Source: Candidatus Palauibacter soopunensis (GTDB lineage: Bacteria > Gemmatimonadota > Gemmatimonadetes > Palauibacterales > Palauibacteraceae). From it: DNA of 64,000 nt. The stretch spans positions 52,243-116,242 of the forward strand of contig NZ_CANPVT010000024.1 of NCBI RefSeq assembly GCF_947581735.1. The letters run 5' to 3'. The notes beneath the pieces are model-generated. The model was given only the letters and a program-made list of their open reading frames with translations, did not search any database and had not been told where the DNA came from. Shown here piece by piece: positions 63,976-64,000 of the stretch. Each line of letters begins with the position of its first letter. Within the stretch, counting starts at the first letter, position 1. The translations under genes and the position numbers were made by a program.

Positions 63976-64000
63976 GCCGGGGCTGCCCTAGTCGTAGTAG

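Noticed and set aside
63976-64000. Minus-strand fragment ending ..YYD-TAG at 63990-63988 (the 3' end of a further upstream gene).
   Set aside because: Only about 3 codons are visible, too little to call or name.

Overview
Very GC-rich (roughly 70% G+C by eye) bacterial chromosomal segment packed almost end to end with housekeeping genes. I can support about 70 CDS, one tRNA (Val-TAC) and one small SRP (4.5S) RNA. I see no rRNA, CRISPR array, transposase, integrase or recognisable defence gene. Content includes a translation block (rplM-rpsI-rpsB-tsf-pyrH-frr, rplI, rsfS, ileS, tilS, mnmA, rluD) and replication/nucleoid genes (dnaX-ybaB-recR behind the SRP RNA, smc, HU, comM/yifB). Envelope and division genes are lspA, lepB, divIVA, ftsH, pgsA, an ExbB-ExbD-ExbD-TonB set and two SPOR-domain proteins. 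Also present are the chaperones grpE-dnaJ, cdaA, folP, a DAHP synthase, bshB1, an orphan coxG/coxD/coxE-like trio, an amidohydrolase/aminotransferase catabolic operon, and a MacAB-like efflux operon with one ATPase and three FtsX-type permeases. TonB, LspA, SPOR and MacA point to a diderm. Several gene blocks nevertheless keep orders known from Bacillus: yggS-divIVA-ileS-dksA-like-lspA-rluD, tilS-hpt-ftsH, SRP RNA-dnaX-ybaB-recR, cysteine desulfurase-mnmA, DUF2232...rplI. A Gemmatimonadota/FCB-like lineage is only a guess. The long ORF-track entries antisense to real genes are stop-poor high-GC artefacts. No obvious accessory island is present. The most interesting candidates are: (1) a tightly coupled lipoprotein-SPOR / bitopic SPOR protein with a degenerate ParA/MinD/BY-kinase-like cytoplasmic domain / smc / MBL-hydrolase cluster; (2) several conserved genes (pyrH, pncC-like, pgsA, yraN) whose homology extends upstream of any ATG/GTG/TTG, with CTG/ATT/ATC candidates at stop-start junctions, in a window where NTGA overlaps are the norm; (3) a triple 11-bp direct repeat in front of the efflux operon; (4) a tRNA wedged 11-13 nt between two same-strand CDS. 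All functional calls come from motif recognition by eye on the supplied translations, with no database search.
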